In this document: one piece after another, positions 49,238 to 60,948 of the stretch
Position numbering within the stretch: position 1 is the first letter of the stretch
Layout: every line of letters begins with the position of its first letter
Assembly (NCBI GenBank): GCA_034780895.1
Contig: JAUZTB010000098.1
Location: forward strand, 51,113,677-51,177,676
DNA length: 64,000 nt
DNA from: Rhynchobatus australiae
Taxonomy: Eukaryota
Direction: 5' to 3'
Notes under the pieces: model-generated
Seen by the model: only the letters and a program-made list of their open reading frames with translations
Database searches by the model: none
What the model was told of the DNA's origin: nothing
Position numbers and translations under genes: made by a program

Positions 49238-52200
49238 TATGTTATTTTCAATCCCTCATGCTCAAATTTTGGTTAATAACCTCCTGTGTGGTGTCTAATT
49301 TAAGACCTTCTGACAGTCCAAATGTGTCACAACCACTGGTTTCCCCAGAGTGAAATGTTAGTTAGGCTATTAGATGAATGCTGTGCTCTCCATTGAGTTT
49401 TGTAATCGGATCTTCTCAATGTATCTATATATTAAACAGGGTTTTAGTTTGATGCATCATCATTGGCACCTCTGACAATGCAACAGTGCTTTCATAACCT
49501 AAGTTATGAAAGCTTAGGTATGCCTGCATACTGGAATGGGAAAGACCACAAAGATATAATTGTCTACATCCATGTGTAGGAAAGTGTTGTGAAAACTTAC
49601 ATAAGCAACTTGAACCATGAGAAGACCTTGGACAGAAATTAATTCTAAACAATAGATGTGCTCCGCAGGATGGGGTTTGGTGAGGGAACCTGCAACTAGA
49701 TATGACAGCTCTACACTGACACTGATAACACAGTTCTTATCAATGGGTGGGAATCATCAATATTTCCATTCTAATATGGAGTTGCATGGTTGTCTTCTCT
49801 TCTGTATTTTCACCCAACCTTTGTTCGACTTTATCGGGAAGAATGCCAACATCAGTATGATGAAGATCCCAGGTTATGAAAGCTTTCCAGCATATGGACA
49901 ATGCCACCATCTCCTCCTAGCATCTGCTATTGCTCCATAGACTGATGTGTGTGATCAATCTGAACCAGCCTTGCCATCCAGACTAAATTACAAACAGTAA
50001 CCAGTTCTTTAATAAATAGGCTGGCTGGAATTTTGTTCTCTTCACTGTTGGTTAAGATTAGCTGAAAATGGTGGAAGAAAAAATTTGGACAATTGCAATG
50101 AAATTGACTAGGAGAAGACCTTTGGTAGATAATAAGCATGCTGTTGAAAATGAGGTTTGGAGAAGGATGCTGCAACTGAGTGTTAGTGNNNNNNNNNNNN
50201 NNNNNNNNNNNNNNNNNNNNNNNNNNNNNNNNNNNNNNNNNNNNNNNNNNNNNNNNNNNNNNNNNNNNNNNNNNNNNNNNNNNNNNNNNNNNNNNNNNNN
50301 NNNNNNNNNNNNNNNNNNNNNNNNNNNNNNNNNNNNNNNNNNNNNNNNNNNNNNNNNNNNNNNNNNNNNNNNNNNNNNNNNNNNNNNNNNNNNNNNNNNN
50401 NNNNNNNNNNNNNNNNNNNNNNNNNNNNNNNNNNNNNNNNNNNNNNNNNNNNNNNNNNNNNNNNNNNNNNNNNNNNNNNNNNNNNNNNNNNNNNNNNNNN
50501 NNNNNNNNNNNNNNNNNNNNNNNNNNNNNNNNNNNNNNNNNNNNNNNNNNNNNNNNNNNNNNNNNNNNNNNNNNNNNNNNNNNNNNNNNNNNNNNNNNNN
50601 NNNNNNNNNNNNNNNNNNNNNNNNNNNNNNNNNNNNNNNNNNNNNNNNNNNNNNNNNNNNNNNNNAAAAAAAACATTTAATAAAAAATATGTGTGACAGG
50701 TATTATTTCATTTACACATTACAATGTTGCTTCTGTCACATGGTATACTCAATAAAAAAATATCCTATCACACTCAGGCAAAATCTACTTTTTTTATATG
50801 TCTTTAATAGAACACCAATAAAGCAATCTCCTGAGGCAGGGAGATACAATTTCTCCAGACAGCAGACAAGTCATAAATGAATGAAGAATTTTAGGTAATA
50901 TTTCATTTGCCAACAGAAAACTGCAAGCGGTCTGCTGAATACATTTTGCCTTATCTGCATGAATTAGAAACACAAGAACCTGGTTATGTTCAGTAAGTAT
51001 ATCACTCATGGAATAGGAAGAGGCTAATTTGCATGAATTAAATAAAGCTGAAGTAAATCTTGATCAGGTCATTGTTATACATCCTCTCTAATCCTAATGT
51101 AAATTTCTGCTTAAAATTCACTATGCGCACTGACTTGGAAGAGATATGACTTCCATATTTGCAGAATTATAAATATATCATTTTGGTTTTAGCTCAAGTT
51201 ATTTGAAAACCAATTCTAAATATAGATTTAGAGCTTGTATGACTTGCACCAATTCCAAGAGTACTCACTTTTCTGGATGAACATTTCTTGATGACATAAA
51301 GACTACACTTGGAATTGGTAGAAAGAGCCCCACAATTCTTCACAATTTTGATCCTGAGCAAAAACTAGTGGTCAGAGATACATGTGCCTGAAAGGCCAGG
51401 AACTCCAGACTTGAAAGATGGGAATATCCAGGAACAATTCCATTTGCATTACTCTTGGTCAACTTCCAGTATTCAGTTCTAGTCTGACATTGGTAGTGAT
51501 CAGGAGCAGGAAATTGACTGCCTTTTTTATTAGACAGAGATGGGGGAAAGTTGAACCACTCTATAGTATCAGCTTTTTAATGTAATAATTATTAGTATTG
51601 GTAAATCCAAGGAAATACAGGAGCAACTTCTTTATTTAGAGAGGTGGGAAGGTAGAATTTGCTACCAGGAGCAGTAGTTGAGATGAATAGCATAAATTGT
51701 ATTTAAGAAGTTTGATAAGCCTAAAGGGGAGAAATGATCAAGTAAGATGAAGTAGGATGGGAAGAGGCTTCAGGTGGAACATAAGCGTGGGCAGAGCAGT
51801 CGCTTTTGTATTGTAAATTCATATGGATCATGCTGTATGTCAGCAAGGAATATTCATTCTGAAAAATGAAAATTCTTGGAGTTGGTGCAAGTTGGATATA
51901 ACAACTATATGTGTGGAATTATTATAGAGTCTTTGTATCCATAAATAAATAATAACAGGAAGTGAACAGTTTGAGCCTTAGTTCTACTTTGAAAAATATA
52001 TACACTGGGATATGAGACACCTTAGGCCACAAATCACTATCCAACCCTAATTCATTTGAATTCTCCCATCGCAGGTGGACTTCTCCATCAAAGGGAAAAA
52101 TTACATCTTCTCACTTCTGGCTTCACCTTGAAGGATGAGGTTGAGCGTTGGAAGTATCTGATATTCAGTTCAGGTACTGAGCACCCCAGTTTACAACCAT

Positions 52201-52339
52201 GGCTTAAAAAAGTCAGTTCCCCAAAACTATTACTGATCATCTCTTTATTCCTTTTAGTGACTTCAGTATTCACTATAATCTCAGAACGTAATTTTGTCTG
52301 CTCTCAACAGACATAAGCCGTACTAGGCCAGTCAGTAAC

Positions 52340-53680
52340 TTAAAAGGCAGAATTTCCAGGGTAGGCAGAAACTGTATTTGGTCCGGTCTTGCTGCCTCCC
52401 TTAACCAACAAGAAGTCAAAAAGGCAATATTCCAAATGAAAACAAAAACAGCCTTTGGATCAAATGGTATTCTAGGTGAAATTCTAAAATTCAGCAGTGA
52501 AGATCTTTTATCACAAATCCACAATCTCATTGTCTACATCTGGGAAGAGGAGGATATATGAGACCACAGAGATGCCATTAATATTACAGAGGGATCTATC
52601 TCCATTGTCTTTGCCACAGGGAAAATCATTGCCAGGGTCCTCCTCAGCTGCTTTTTTCCAGTGGCTGAAAAGCTGCTCCCCAAATCATAGTCTGGATTCT
52701 ATCCATCTAGAGGCTCTACGAACATGATCCTCACTATGCGATAACTCCTATATAAATGTAGGGAGCAGCAACAGCCACAATAAATTACATTTCTGTACAT
52801 CATTAAAGCCTTTGACTCTATCACTCAAAGGACTGTAGAACACACTGCTCAAATTTGGCTGCCACAGAAACTTGTCTCCATTTTACATTTGCTCCATGCT
52901 GGCATACAAGCCATGATCCTAATCAATGGGTCTCTAACAGAATCAATTTCATTGAAGACCAGTGTCAGATAAGACTCTGTCACTGCCCAAGCACTTTCCT
53001 CAATCTTTCTCACCTCAATATTGCACCTCACCTCTGACAAACTTGCTGTGGGAGTGGAACTAATCTTCAGAAGTAATAGGAAACTGTTTAACCTATAATG
53101 ACTACACTCCAGAACAAAGGTTTCTTATATGCTTCTGAAACCTGGGTNNNNNNNNNNNNNNNNNNNNNNNNNNNNNNNNNNNNNNNNNNNTGTCTCTGCA
53201 AAATCTTCTATATTCACTAGAAAGATGTGAACCAAAATCAGTCTTCTATTCCAGGCCAAAGTCACCAGCATTGAGGGCATAGTTATACTCAGTTAGCTCA
53301 TTAGGAAAGACCAAGCAGACCTAAAACATGCTTTGTTCCAAGTTTTGATGTGGGAAGAGATTACTAAGAGGGCAGAGGAAAATATTCAAGGATATGATCA
53401 AAGCCCCCTTGAAGAAATTCAATATCCTGACTGACTTTTGAGAATCTCTGACCCATGACTACTCAAAGTTGAGGAGTGTTTAGAATAGTACTGAGAACCT
53501 TGAGTCAATGCATCAGGAGCACAGAGAAGCCCTGAATATATGACAAAGGGATAGCACAATCTCACAAACTATTCACCTCCTTCCCTAGTCTGTGGTTCCC
53601 ACAACAGCCTCAATAGTCATTTCCAACACGTAAAACCAGGGTGGACGCACGTCATCCTCAATCCCATGGTACTGGAAGAA
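52340..53680 (+). mobile_element. RTE-clade LINE RT remnant
   Basis: EVKKAIFQMK...GILGEILK...IHNLIVYIWEEE, NYRGIYL, IKAFDS, LLKFGCHRNLSPF, LKTSVR, YASETW, RGQRKIFKDMIK, with many stops and frameshifts. Confidence 0.8.
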
Positions 53681-54099
53681 AATACATGGCTGGGCATGGT
53701 TTACTGGAATTATGTGCATGCATCTGGAACACCATTTTGAGTGTTGGGAGGATGTATACTGTAGCATCAAAAAAGCTGATGGTACGAAACCCAATTTATC
53801 TTGTTAGCTACTGAAAGCAAGGACACCAAATGTCTACTCAGGATCTTTTATTAGGTAAATACTGCTCCTGTACCGCAATTATTTTTCTACAAAAATTACG
53901 AGATTTTTCATTTTTTATGTATGGGTGTTTTTATGAAATATTGATTAATAGAATATATTCTTCCGGGTAATGTTAAAACATTTTATATTTTTCACTTATC
54001 GGCAAAACACCCAATTAGCTGCATTGATTTTTTTTAATGCAGACGATTGGATAGAATATAAAAAACATCAATGAATTACTAAAAGATTTATCAGGAAGA

Positions 54100-54985
54100 A
54101 TAAAGTATAATCCGAGATGAAGCTGGCTTGGGATAGTGAAAGCTAAACAGATAAAAGTTTCTTTGAATATATAAAAAATTAAAGTAAGCATTGGTTCTTT
54201 CTAAAGTGAGTATGGATAGAGGATTGGCTGGCTAAAAGGAAATAGTGAATAGGCATAAGTAGATCCTTTTTCTGGCTGGCAAGTCCTAGTGAGTAAAGTG
54301 AAGCAGGGATCAGTACTGGGGCCTCAACTTTTTATGATTCATATAAGTGCCTTCATCTAAAGGCACCATAGGTATGGTTGCTAAATTTGCTAATTACACA
54401 AATATGAATAAGAGAGCAAGTTGTAAAGAGGACATAAGAAGACCATAAAGGAATACAGTTAGGTAAGTGAGTGGGCAAAGATCTGTGGGGAAAATGTGGA
54501 ATTGTCCATTTTGGCAAGAAAAATAGAACAGAAAGCATATTATCTAAATGGGGAGAGATTGCAGAACTCAGAGATGCAGAGATGATGAGGTGTCAGACTG
54601 CAAGATTCACAAATACTGGTATACAGGAACTGCAATTAGGAAAGCTAAAAGAATGTTATTATTTATTGCCAGGGAAATTGAATGCACAAGCAGAGAGGTC
54701 ACATTGCAATTAATATAGGGCAGAAGTGAGATTTGAATTTTGCATACAGTATTGTTCTCTTATTTAGGGAAGGATATTAATACATTGGAAAATTTTCTGG
54801 ACTAATATCTGAAATGGGCAGTCTCTTATGAGGATAGATTAGACAGGATAGCCCTGTATCCATGGGTGTTTAGAAAAGTGAAAAGCGACTCAATTGAAAC
54901 ATGTAAGACTATGAGGGATCTTGACAGAGTAAATGTGAAGAGGATCTCTCCTTTTGTGAGACAATCTAGAACAAAGGGTCCCTAT
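54100..54985 (+). mobile_element. Decayed CR1-type LINE RT fragments
   Basis: QGSVLGPQL (cagggatcagtactggggcctcaact), degenerate KFA(D)DT (aaatttgctaattacac), GKCGIVHFGKKN. Confidence 0.75.
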
Positions 54986-55019
54986 ATTCTCTAATTGCTC
55001 CCATTCACTCATTGACCAG

Positions 55020-55262
55020 ATAATCTTGTTGAGTTTATCCCCATGGTCATCCTGGTTTTACCTCTCAGACATCCCTTGCCTCCCCCACTCTCCCTGCAGC
55101 TTAGTGAGCTTCTTTTGTCTCCTCCCCAGCTCTGATGAAGTGTCTTCAATCTGAAGTATTAACTGCTTCTTTTCCCACAGATGTGGCCTGACTGGCTGAG
55201 TATTTCCTGCATCTTCTATTTTTATCTTAGATTTCCAGTATCTGCATTTTTTTTTAGTTTTG
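55020..55262 (+). mobile_element. Penelope pseudo-LTR fragment (older subfamily)
   Basis: cagctctgatgaagtgtcttcaatctgaagtattaactg...cacagatgtggcctgactggctgagtatttcc...agatttccagtatctgca. Confidence 0.65.
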
Positions 55263-56059
55263 CTCATTTTCTCTTTTAGCTTTATATCCTTTGAATGCTA
55301 ACTTTAAAAAAATGCTATCTTGGATCTGCTTTAAATGCAATTGTATTTGTGTTACAGCTATTAAACCAAACCTTGAGACTTGGAGGTGATCTCATCTCTT
55401 CAGTACTTTAAATGACATCATACACCATTACATTGCTTACATAACAGTATGTGGGCCTCGCTCCAAGGTCAGCATCCATTGTCTGTAAAAAAAAAGATTA
55501 CTGCAGATGTTTAAATATGAAATAAATGCTGATGAAAGGTCAATGGTCTGAATGTTAACACCATCTCCTGCTAAATAATTCCAGCATTTTATTTCAGAAT
55601 TCCAGCAATTCTAATAATTGTAATTTACCATTCACAATTGATCTTAAAGGTAATGGAGAGTCACATTGAATCACAGCAAACCTTGTGAAGGAGCTAATAA
55701 TTTGGGGATCTCCAGGATTTTGATCCAGCAAATGGTAAATGGATGGCATGTAACTGCAGTGATGGTTGATGAGGGGAAAAAGGGAATAGAATAATTGCTG
55801 GTGGCATTCCCACTTACATGTTACCCTGGTCTCCTAACTGTAGAGGTTACAGGTTTGTAAAAAAAGCCTTGGCAAGTTGTTGCAGTACATTTTGCAGCTG
55901 ACATGCTCTGACTGTGTGAATTTTTAGGGAGATGGATGGTGTGCCAGTAAAGCAGGCTGCTTTCGCTGGATGATTGTCATTGGACCTCCATACATTTTGG
56001 CAATCACGATCCTGAAATAGACTAAGTAGAATGGTGTGTAGATTTGGGTGCCCCAACAG

Positions 56060-56510
56060 AGAACATTTGAATAGGAGCAGGTTATTAAGGTCTGCTGAGC
56101 CTGCTCACCCACTCATGGTTGATCTGTTCTGGGCCACAGCTCCACTTTTGTACCTGGCCTTAACTCCCCTATAGTCCAAAAATCTGAATATATCCAAGGC
56201 CGAGATAGACATTGATTCAGCTTCCACAGTTCTCAGGGGTTAGAAAACTCCAAAGATTCATAATTTGCAGAAGAAATTCCTTCTCATCTTCATCTTAAAT
56301 ATGCAAATATGCCCTTTCTTCTATTTCCCCCCACAAGAGAAAACATCCTGAGCACTCCAAGAATCTTGTGTTTCAATAAAATCATCTCCTGGCCTGTTTC
56401 ATGGTAAGATAAATGATTTTTGGCATCAAGGAATCTCATGAACCTTCTCTGAACTGAATACAATGTCTTAAACAAGGAGACTAAAACTATATACTGTACT
56501 CTGTGTGGTT
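56060..56510 (-). mobile_element. Decayed CR1-type LINE 3' end
   Basis: gaacatttgaataggagcagg...gagcctgctc..catggttgatctg...ccaaagattca...gaagaaattccttctcatct...tgaaccttctctgaact. Confidence 0.65.
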
Positions 56511-57541
56511 TAATACAGTAATGGAGGAATGATTTCCCACAGTTAAGAGTCATTAAGCATTCATTTTAAAACTGCATCTATTAAAGAATAATTTACTTGC
56601 ATATTAACTACACATAGCAGGGTTGGAAATGTATTTGGCAAGAATAGCTGAGACAGGGATACTTGTATCTTTTAGGGCAGAATTCAGTCTCATTTCCTCG
56701 TTTCATAGTTTCTGATCTGATCCAAATTCTTTTGAACCTACTTTTATTCCAGTATAGTAGCAAGGACCTCAGGTGCAGTTGAAATATTTACCAAGAAAGT
56801 TATGATGGTGCTTACCCTTATTAGTAGATAAGTAACTTCTCACTAAACCCAAGAGGATTTTTGGTCGGCATTAATACATGTTATATAGCCAAGAACAACC
56901 CAAATCAAATTGCTGTTGACAGATCTAGAACTGTTGAATGTAATTTTAAATTAACACAATTCTATTGTTAATTCTAAAAATATGGAAATTTATGGACAGT
57001 GGCAATATTAATACTCCAAAATATAAAATTTTGTACATGAAATTTATATAGTTACCCTGAAGCAGTATAATATCTCATCCTCCATGCAATATTAATACAT
57101 TGCTTTTAATTTTCAACATATCTCATTTAAGCCTTAAGCATTAAATTCACAGATTTACTAATGGTGAAATTTATAATCTTTGGAGCCTTTATATTTAGTT
57201 TTGCACTTAAAGTGTTGGGTCCTGTGATTCAGAAATGGAGGAATCAAAGTTGCCTCACTGATTACACATGAAATTATGAAAAAGAGGGAATTGTCAATCC
57301 ACAGAGAGATGGAACATTTAAGAGATTACAAATCTAATTTTCCATGAACACATTGAACTCCTAATGATAAGTCAGAATGCAGTAGTAAGCAGCAACACGT
57401 TATAAGTAATTGCAAAACAATTGTTCAGTAAGACATTGCTGTTGATTTGTGTCTTCAATTGTATGAAATACAGACAAAGTTGAATAATTTCTCTATAACA
57501 GTCCAGTATCTGAGGGTGGCAGGTGGTGTTTGGAACAAGCA

Positions 57542-57596
57542 TTTATTAATAGAAATATATATTTCCAGGGCCATTTCACATGATTAAGATTTTATT
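57542..57596 (-). terminator. Candidate ALG2 polyadenylation signals
   Basis: First two minus-strand AATAAA hexamers I found downstream of the ALG2 stop (tttatt at 57591-57596 and 57542-57547). This implies a ~1.1 kb AT-rich 3' UTR. Confidence 0.4.
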
Positions 57597-58674
57597 TTGA
57601 TTTCCATTCACTAGAAATAGAAACTAATGATTATAATAACATTAATGTTAAACATAATTTCTACTACAACAAACAGTTGGGGATGTTCCATGTATCCATT
57701 AACAGTCTGGAGATTTTTTTACTGCCCCTTTAGGCAGCCTTTCAAAAATGCAACAATAGAACAATGGCCTCCACCAGAAAATGCATCTGAACCTTTAAAA
57801 TTAACAGGTCGTGCTTGATTGACAACAGTGAAGGCAAAGGTAGGTCAATAGCATTCAACAAGAACAGCTGGGAGCCAGTCACCTCAGCAAATATAAGAAT
57901 TTAGATGAGATGATGATTTCAATGGTACCAAATAACATAAAATTGAAAAAGCTACAGAGCTTCATTGAGTGTAAAACAATAATACCACCACTGCTGGATG
58001 AAGGGATAGCTGGCAAAGATATAATGTTGGTATGGTCTGGCAACAACCCAAGTTATTCCTAGATAAATTCAAAGTTGGAAGAATTTGCAACTGGCAAGCA
58101 TATAAATCACCCAAAGTAAACAGTGGCAGCTGGTTGATTTTTTTAAAAAATGTGTACAGACTTTCAAGCATAAAAATAAAGAACTCGAAGTGGTTTCTGT
58201 GGTAATGAAAGGATTTATGTAATATTGCATTTGACATTTCAAATACTGACAAAACATCAAAGCAGTATACTTATGTTTTTTAACTCACAAAACACGAAGG
58301 AAAACATTAAGCCATTTAAAAATATTTAAATGTTTGCGTTAAGAATTTTTCATGTTGCCAGTTAAATTTCCGCCATTTGTGCCAGTTGCACATCATCCCC
58401 TCATCTCATCTCCAAGAGGGATCCTATTCCTTGTGCGACACCCGTGTCTCTCTTCTGGTCCTGAATTCCACCTGACCTTTTGCTGGCATTTTTCCGCCAC
58501 TGCTAATTTCACCTCATCCCTCACCACTAACAAGCGCCCCAAACTATTCTGCCATATTACAGTGATTTACGTGTGCCAGCTATCGAAAGAAACATTGTTT
58601 TCAGCCAGTGTGTCAGATTTCACCTTGTGCAACTGCATTAACACTGCGACTGCCATTCCACGCTGTCGTAGGTT

Positions 58675-59883
58675 TCAATAGGCTAAATTGCATATATAGC
58701 TATACAACTGTTCTTCGAAGGCATCTGCAGAAAATGTTTGTAGTACTCGAGTTCTTCCAGCGTCTCCCATTTTTGCCCGTAATTCAGGAGTCCTGACAAT
58801 CTTCTCCATGGCTTCGGCGAAGCAGCTGGGCGATGGCTGACACAGGAAGCCGGTGACCCGGTCTTGGATTGACTCCAGTGGCCCTCCCGAGTTGGCGGCG
58901 ATGACCGGGCGCCGGGTGTACATGGCCTCCAAAGGCACGATGCCGAAGTGCTCGTTGCTTGGTGTGTACAACACGCAGCTGCTGCGGCGGAGAAGCCAAA
59001 CCTTTTGATCGTCCGAGAACGACCTGACGAAGGTCACACTGTCGGTCAGCTGCAGCCGGCCCGCCAGTTCCTGCAACTCCCGGTAATATTCCACGTTTTC
59101 CTCCAGCCTTTGGTCGTAGCCTCCAGCGAGGACGAGGTGCACCTTCTGCCAGTCGGCCCAGGCCAACCTGGCGCGGAGGGCGTGCAAGGCCTCCAGGCAC
59201 AGACCCAAGTTCTTCTTCCGCTCGAACCGGTTGATGGAGAGGAAAACGAGCTCCTTACCAGGAGGCAGCGGGACGTCGGCAGCCGCCGGCTCCCTATCCA
59301 AGGCGGCGAAGTTCAGAGACGGGTAGAGCACGTCAGGCTCCAGGTGGCCCAGCGAGGTGAAGGTGCTCTTGAAGACGCCGGCCGTGAACCTGCTGTTGAC
59401 GACCACCAGGTCAGCCAGGCCGGTGGTGACCTCCTCCAGCCAGTCGAGGGGCCGTCGGTACAGCCGCTTGATGGGCGTCCGCCGCTGGGTCAGCAGGAGG
59501 TCGGGGAAGTGGCAGTAGAAGAGCACCCGCTTTGGGCGCCTGCACAGCTTGAGGACGGGCACGCAGGCCGAGACCTGGTCGCAGAAGACCACGTCGAACT
59601 GCTCGCCGCTCAGGAAGACCAGGTAGAAGGCGACGAAGAGCATGCGGAGGACGGCGCAGGCGGCGTGCCCGCGGCCCAGCACACTGCGGGGCAGCCAGTC
59701 TCCCGCGCACTTCACCTGCAGCTCCGGCTCCAGGCTCTCGGCGAAGCAGCGCGCCGGGTCGTGGTGAGCCGTCCAGATCTGCACCCGGCAGCCGCGACGG
59801 CGCAGCGCTAGCGCCGCATCCAGCACCAGCCGCTCGGCTCCGCCGATGCCCAGGTCGGGGTGCAGGAATACCACACTCACCAT
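58675..59883 (-). CDS. ALG2: Alpha-1,3/1,6-mannosyltransferase ALG2 (GT4 family), 402 aa, single coding exon
   Basis: MVSVVFLHPDLGIGGAERLVLDAALAL...FYCHFPDLLLT...LSINRFERKKN...AGGYD...LYTPSNEHFGIVPLEAM (EX7E motif)...NSGGPLES is colinear with human ALG2. The ATG is in strong Kozak context (gccggccATGg) and the frame is uninterrupted to the stop. Confidence 0.97.
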   Translation of the reverse strand: MVSVVFLHPDLGIGGAERLVLDAALALRRRGCRVQIWTAHHDPARCFAESLEPELQVKCAGDWLPRSVLGRGHAACAVLRMLFVAFYLVFLSGEQFDVVFCDQVSACVPVLKLCRRPKRVLFYCHFPDLLLTQRRTPIKRLYRRPLDWLEEVTTGLADLVVVNSRFTAGVFKSTFTSLGHLEPDVLYPSLNFAALDREPAAADVPLPPGKELVFLSINRFERKKNLGLCLEALHALRARLAWADWQKVHLVLAGGYDQRLEENVEYYRELQELAGRLQLTDSVTFVRSFSDDQKVWLLRRSSCVLYTPSNEHFGIVPLEAMYTRRPVIAANSGGPLESIQDRVTGFLCQPSPSCFAEAMEKIVRTPELRAKMGDAGRTRVLQTFSADAFEEQLYSYICNLAY

Positions 59884-60244
59884 GGCCGGCACTCGGCCCG
59901 TCCTCCGTTTCCCCGCAGTACCGGGGTCCTCCGCCCGCCGTGCTGCCCTCAGCGGAGTCTGAGCGAAAAAAAAGCTACAAATCTTGTCCATATTACCGAC
60001 TCAGTGAAAATTTAGGCGAAAAATTACAGATAAAAACCGTGACGGGTGTGTTTTTTTCCCTCCAGTGTTTAAATGTATCTTTCTTATTTTATTGTTGGTT
60101 AGTTCAGGCGATGTGAAGGCTCCCAGGGAGAGGGAGGAGTCCTGACTAGTGAGTCGTGGCCTCTCTCGGCAGCGGGCGTTCCCCGGCAGCTGCGGATTGC
60201 GCGCCGTGCGAAGTACCTGGGCTCCGGCGGACAGCGGCGTTACC
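59884..60244. promoter_or_regulatory. Bidirectional promoter and 5' UTRs of ALG2 and SEC61B
   Basis: 361 bp lie between the divergent start codons. The head-to-head ALG2-SEC61B pairing is also the human arrangement. Confidence 0.8.
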
Positions 60245-60247
60245 ATG
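60245..60247 (+). CDS. SEC61B: SEC61B coding exon 1 (ATG only)
   Basis: accATG|gtttgt inside the CpG island. Vertebrate SEC61B has only the start codon in exon 1, and exon 2 begins in phase 0 with Pro. The donor is a weak match. Confidence 0.65.
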
Positions 60248-60560
60248 GTTTGTGGCGTTCCAGAACCGGGGGGATCTCCAGGGCCGCGTTCTCTCGCCGG
60301 GTCAGGATTCCAGGGAGGGCTTGGCCGGGTCTCGCCGCAAACATACGGTAATGGAGACCTGGCAGCCGGGAGACAAGGCCTTCAGATCTCCCCAGCAAGA
60401 AACCAGGATTTCAGGGCCCAACCGAAGCAACCTCCGTTGCGTGTCTTATAGAAGTGATTTTCCTCTCTTTCCCGGCCGTTTGTATACCTGGGATAAACGA
60501 ACGTGCATTACTCACGTCTTTTTTTTGGTTAAATTCATTAGAGGACTTGGTGGCAGTAAA

Positions 60561-60571
60561 GCCACGTCAGC
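60561..60571 (-). promoter_or_regulatory. UPRE / XBP1-CREB3-type bZIP site in SEC61B intron 1
   Basis: gccacgtcagc; the reverse strand reads TGACGTGG, the canonical UPRE. Confidence 0.55.
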
Positions 60572-60881
60572 AATACCCAACATCTCGACGTCTTTCATTA
60601 CATCTTGTTTATCCGCATTGCGAATGCTTTCCTATGAATAACTTGTGAAATGAAAGGGACTTGCAATTTGACTTCGATATACATATGTTTGGGTTTTTTT
60701 TGTCTCTTTAATTTTGAGTTCTTTTCCCGTATCTTGTATCTGTAATAGATTCTCTTGTTTGCTAAATCATACATTCATTCAACAAAGCACAGTTCTGGGG
60801 AAGGTATTTGCAGTTATGTTTCTTGATTTAACTTTTAACATTGAAGGTTTGGCACAATCTTGGTGTTGAACATGTAACCTT

Positions 60882-60948
60882 GACTGACAATCATGGCAGC
60901 ACTGAGGGAGTATTATACAATTAGACATCCCATCTTTTGGATGAGTTA
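60882..60948 (+). mobile_element. Deu-domain SINE core remnant in SEC61B intron 1
   Basis: actgacaatcatggcagcactgagggagtattat...catcttttggatgag resembles the Deu domain (cagtactgagggagtgctg...gtctttcggatgag). Confidence 0.4.

Larger units (their letters stand above)
58800..60600. promoter_or_regulatory. CpG island covering most of the ALG2 CDS, the shared promoter and SEC61B exon 1
   Basis: Abrupt rise in GC and CpG density against a CpG-depleted background, with a short AT-rich core at ~59965-60105. Confidence 0.85.

Noticed and set aside
36860-50880. Long ORFs spanning N runs (e.g. 36860-37630, 46327-46845, 49927-50676, 50068-50880)
   Set aside because: Their length is created by the gap Ns.
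1-57500. TGFBR1 exons expected from human synteny on the 3' side of ALG2
   Set aside because: I found no kinase-domain or terminal-exon peptide by reading or in the ORF track. The gene probably lies outside the window, although short exons or exons inside gaps could be missed. TBLASTN would settle it.
58948-59811. 287-aa plus-strand ORF antisense to ALG2, and the overlapping minus ORFs 58784-59200 and 59411-59710
   Set aside because: Expected shadow ORFs of a high-GC3 coding sequence. They show no recognisable domain.
60111-60154. ATG-TGA start-stop at 60111-60116 and a strong donor-like gtgagt at 60149-60154, upstream of the SEC61B ATG
   Set aside because: Only relevant if the TSS lies further upstream. 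Splicing from this donor would skip the start codon, and there is no supporting evidence.
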